DNA from: Gemmatimonadota bacterium | GTDB lineage: Bacteria; Gemmatimonadota; Gemmatimonadetes; Gemmatimonadales; Gemmatimonadaceae | NCBI GenBank assembly: GCA_040389905.1 | Contig: JAZJZK010000011.1 | Span: forward strand, 9,042 to 73,041 | Direction of reading: 5' to 3' | DNA length: 64,000 nt | Shown: one piece after another, positions 60,983 through 64,000 of the stretch | How positions within the stretch are numbered: the stretch's first letter is position 1 | Layout of the letters: each line of letters starts with the position of its first letter | Translations under genes and position numbers: made by a program | Notes under the pieces: model-generated | The model's input: only the letters and a program-made list of their open reading frames with translations | Database searches by the model: none | What the model was told of the DNA's origin: nothing

Positions 60983-62977
60983 GTGAACGTCGGCATCGAC
61001 TTTGGCACCACAAACTCATCGATCGCATTCCAACGCTCACCGAGAAGCGCTCCAGAGTGCGCGTCCGTCGACCAGCACATCAACCTCCCGTTTGACGTGG
61101 TGCTTCGCACCGCAGTACTGCTGGATCAATTTGGCAGGCTCATCGACAACGGCGTGGGAGCCGTGGCGGCAGATCCGATGTCTTGGGTGGATCCGAAGAC
61201 GAAGGTCCCTCGTCGGGTGCTTCAGCATATCAAGCCGTTCTTACGGACCTTTCGGCTGAGGGAGCAATGGCCTGAAGAACGCACGCGCATCGACTTCAAC
61301 TTTTACGACCACCTTCGGCAGGAGCCAATGGTGGTTACGTACACGGACGTTGTGGAAAGCGGCGACATGGCTTGTTCGCGTGAGGAGTTGATGACAGCGG
61401 CGGCCGCCGTCTTCCGCACGCTCTTCAACAAGACGCCATCGGCAGTCATGCAGCAGCGTCCGCAGATCGTGATTGGTGTGCCGCTCATCTTTCCTGACTA
61501 CTCCAAGAAGCGACTTCTCGACATTGTCGTGCGGAGCGGCGTCTGTGGCAAGGACGAGCCTTACCGCGAAGCACTTCGGCGAGTGCGGTTCCTTCCCGAA
61601 CCAATTGCAGCAAGCCTGCTCTATTCCATGGAGTGTGAGCCTCCGCGCGGCAAGTCGACTGGACGCGTGCTGATCTTCGACTCGGGTGGCGGGACACTCG
61701 ACCTCGCTTTGATCGAGTTCGCCGTCGTTGAAGGCGAGTATCGTCCGGTGCGTCAGATCGCACTTGGGTCGCAGGTTCTGGCAGGACGGCTGTTCGATGA
61801 ATGCATCGAACGGCATGGTTTGGACCAATATCGAGACGCTGTGCGGAAGAGAAACAGCGGCTTGGCGAATCCCGATGAGGTCACCAGCTGGCAGTTGAGT
61901 CAGGCTGCCGAATCGATCAAGGTGGCGCTGTCGACCAGAGTGGAGTACGAAGAACTCTCACTGAGCGGAGCGGGCGTACGCCCTCGAATCACGCGAAGTG
62001 CATTTGAGCGGTGGTGTCAGCCAGTGCTTGAAAAGACGGAGGCGCTTGTACGCTCGACAGTCGCCGACATGGACGCAGTGGATACGGTGATGATGGTTGG
62101 CGGGTCGTCGCTGCTTCCCTGTGTTCAACAACTGATCCAGCGACTCTTCCCCGACGCGCAAGTGATCTCCGAGGACGCGCGACAGAACGGACGTGGTGAG
62201 GGAGTCGAGCGTGCATTGACCGCTGTCTCAAAGGGGCTCGCGCTCTACGACGATGCGGTGACGCGCCACGGAATCACGCCGTTTGCCTACGGTTTCTGGG
62301 ATACAGTATCAAACGAGGTAGTACACGCGGCCCCGAAATGGTCCACGCACAGTAGCGAGCGGCCAGTGGCGAGGCTTCAAGTGCCTCGGGGCGCCGACGC
62401 GATCACGCTCACGTTGGTTCAGGAGCTGGTTAGTCCTGAGCGAGTCCTGAACGTGGTCAATGTCCCGGTTTCAGGACAAAACGGCGATCGAACGCACGTG
62501 CTCGCCCGCGTCCGTACTTCGGAAGGAAGCCTTTACCCAGACATCGAATTGCTGGACCCTGGTACCCTCACAATCTCCGCCGAACTACGCATGACGGACT
62601 TGTCGGAGCGTGTTCTTCGGGAACTCATCGAGCACGATGATCACGCGCTTCGATGGAGCGGAGCTGCACAGATCAGCGCTCGGGACACGAGCTATCCAGA
62701 AGTCGTCACACTTCGCGTCGGTGATGATGTCGTGTTCCGAAACCGAATGGCGGATGGATCAAGTGTCATGCAGCCCGGTGTCATCAACCGTATCGACAAG
62801 ATTGCAGATGGGTTTCGATACGACGAGGTGGGGCACTGGGACCTCCGCAGCTGGCGCTTCTATCTCCAGGTGACTGAGCACGGGGTTGCGACCTTTGTGC
62901 CGTCCCTCCTGACTGACATTCGGCTCGCTCGTCGCGGTACACGCAACGGCCGGCGTATCCGGGAGACCCGCCAGTGA
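60983..62977 (+). CDS. Hsp70-family (DnaK-like ATPase domain) protein with atypical C-terminus
   Basis: VGIDFGTTNS, IGVP, EPIAA, VLIFDSGGGTLD, AESIKVALS, VGGSSLLP. Confidence 0.88.
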   Translation: MNVGIDFGTTNSSIAFQRSPRSAPECASVDQHINLPFDVVLRTAVLLDQFGRLIDNGVGAVAADPMSWVDPKTKVPRRVLQHIKPFLRTFRLREQWPEERTRIDFNFYDHLRQEPMVVTYTDVVESGDMACSREELMTAAAAVFRTLFNKTPSAVMQQRPQIVIGVPLIFPDYSKKRLLDIVVRSGVCGKDEPYREALRRVRFLPEPIAASLLYSMECEPPRGKSTGRVLIFDSGGGTLDLALIEFAVVEGEYRPVRQIALGSQVLAGRLFDECIERHGLDQYRDAVRKRNSGLANPDEVTSWQLSQAAESIKVALSTRVEYEELSLSGAGVRPRITRSAFERWCQPVLEKTEALVRSTVADMDAVDTVMMVGGSSLLPCVQQLIQRLFPDAQVISEDARQNGRGEGVERALTAVSKGLALYDDAVTRHGITPFAYGFWDTVSNEVVHAAPKWSTHSSERPVARLQVPRGADAITLTLVQELVSPERVLNVVNVPVSGQNGDRTHVLARVRTSEGSLYPDIELLDPGTLTISAELRMTDLSERVLRELIEHDDHALRWSGAAQISARDTSYPEVVTLRVGDDVVFRNRMADGSSVMQPGVINRIDKIADGFRYDEVGHWDLRSWRFYLQVTEHGVATFVPSLLTDIRLARRGTRNGRRIRETRQ

Positions 62978-63945
62978 CGGCGTTCGAGGTCGGGGCCCGC
63001 GTCCGTATCATCGGCGGCCCCGTCGGGATGGTGATGGAGGTGCAATCACACCTCACTCCACCGTCCTATCGTGTGTTCCTTTCGGCCCTCGCTACGCCAC
63101 TGGTTTCCGAACCAGATCTTGAATCGGTGGATACTGTAGACTCGGACCTCGGCGCGTTGCTACGGGCCGGCGTATTCACGTCGGCAGGGGCGTTCCGATT
63201 CGCCCTCACGCAGCGGAAACTCGCTGACCAGCTCACGGATACGCTGTTCTCGTACAATGCGGCCCGCATCGAGATTCAGGCGCACCAATTCAAGCCACTT
63301 CTCAAGCTCCTCGACTCTCCATATCGTCGTCTGCTCATTGCCGATGAAGTTGGACTCGGCAAGACGATCGAGGCCGGGATAATCCTGAACGAGTTCGACC
63401 TCCGGGAGCGGCTCGAACGGGTGATGGTTGTTTGCCCTCATGCGTTGGTGCACAAATGGCGGGACGAGCTGGATGCAAAGTTCGGTATGCGGTTCGAACA
63501 CTGGTCGGGAACGCAGGTGCGTACGTGGATCGACGAGGCGCAAAAGAACGGGCAAGCCCAACCGATGCGCTGCATCGTCTCGCTCGAAGGCATGCGCGGT
63601 GGAGACATCGCCGAGTTACTGCAAGCTGCGCCGGTGTTCATCGACATGCTCATTGTCGACGAAGCGCACCATCTGAGGAATGACGAGACGCAATCATATG
63701 CCTTGGGAGAGGCACTGACCGGTGCAGCTGACATTGTCCTCTTCCTTTCAGCCACGCCTCTGAATCTCCGAAGCCGCGACCTGTTCAACCTGGTGCACCT
63801 GCTGTTGCCGGACGTCTACACGAACGAGGAGACATTTGATGCCCAGTTGGTGCCAAACCAGGCACTGAACCAAGCGATTCGGATGCTACGTGGTGGAGCT
63901 GCGAACACGGACGTTCGATCGATCGCGCTCCAGGTCCATGCGAGC
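62974..63945 (+). CDS. RapA-like SNF2 helicase, interrupted by an IS21-like end (absent from the ORF track because no stop codon occurs before the window end)
   Basis: GTGA overlap with the Hsp70 stop; HQFKPLLK, LLIADEVGLGKTIEAG, VDEAHHLRN, LSATP. Confidence 0.85.
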
Positions 63946-64000
63946 CCCCGGCGGCCACCCAAAATCCCCCACCTGTGGCCGGGTCAAACTCCCCCACCTG
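63946..64000. mobile_element. IS21-family terminal repeat region
   Basis: ccccggcggccacccaaaatcccccacctgtggccgggtcaaactcccccacctg closely matches the reverse complement of the IS21 remnant end at 55409-55465. Confidence 0.8.

Larger units (their letters stand above)
25866..64000. mobile_element. Integrative genomic (defence) island; right end outside window
   Basis: Integrase-Xis at the border, primase-helicase, phage remnants, DISARM, IS remnants; visibly different codon usage and lower GC than the left part (not computed). Confidence 0.8.

Noticed and set aside
60983..62977. Housekeeping dnaK
   Set aside because: Divergent sequence with an atypical C-terminus, no dnaJ or hrcA, and an island location, so no gene symbol was assigned

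Overview
GC-rich bacterial window whose gene content suggests Gemmatimonadota (inference only). It has two parts. (1) 1-~25.8 kb is host chromosome: peptidases, an arginase-family protein, an IorAB-type molybdoenzyme, and a 10-gene divergent cobalamin/folate methyl-transfer cluster (UroD/MtaA-type methyltransferase, corrinoid protein, ASKHA/RACo activator, split MetH modules, MetF, AcsE-like protein). It also has several REP-like palindrome families and a candidate sigma54-driven ~85-nt sRNA. (2) ~25.9-64 kb is an integrative defence island: tyrosine integrase and HTH/Xis, a HEPN protein, a RelE-like/UvrD fusion, a TOPRIM-AAA primase-helicase, a C-protein-like regulator with a C-box, a HEPN-like + Ser/Thr kinase pair, decayed phage genes, an HNH nuclease, a complete class I DISARM (drmD-drmMI-drmA-drmB-drmC), an IS21 remnant and a PD-(D/E)XK protein. 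The island ends in the most unusual locus: a ~980-aa protein with a GrpE-like tail, an Hsp70-like protein and a RapA-like SNF2 helicase, the last interrupted by an IS21-like end at the window edge. All calls come from reading motifs by eye; no database searches were run.
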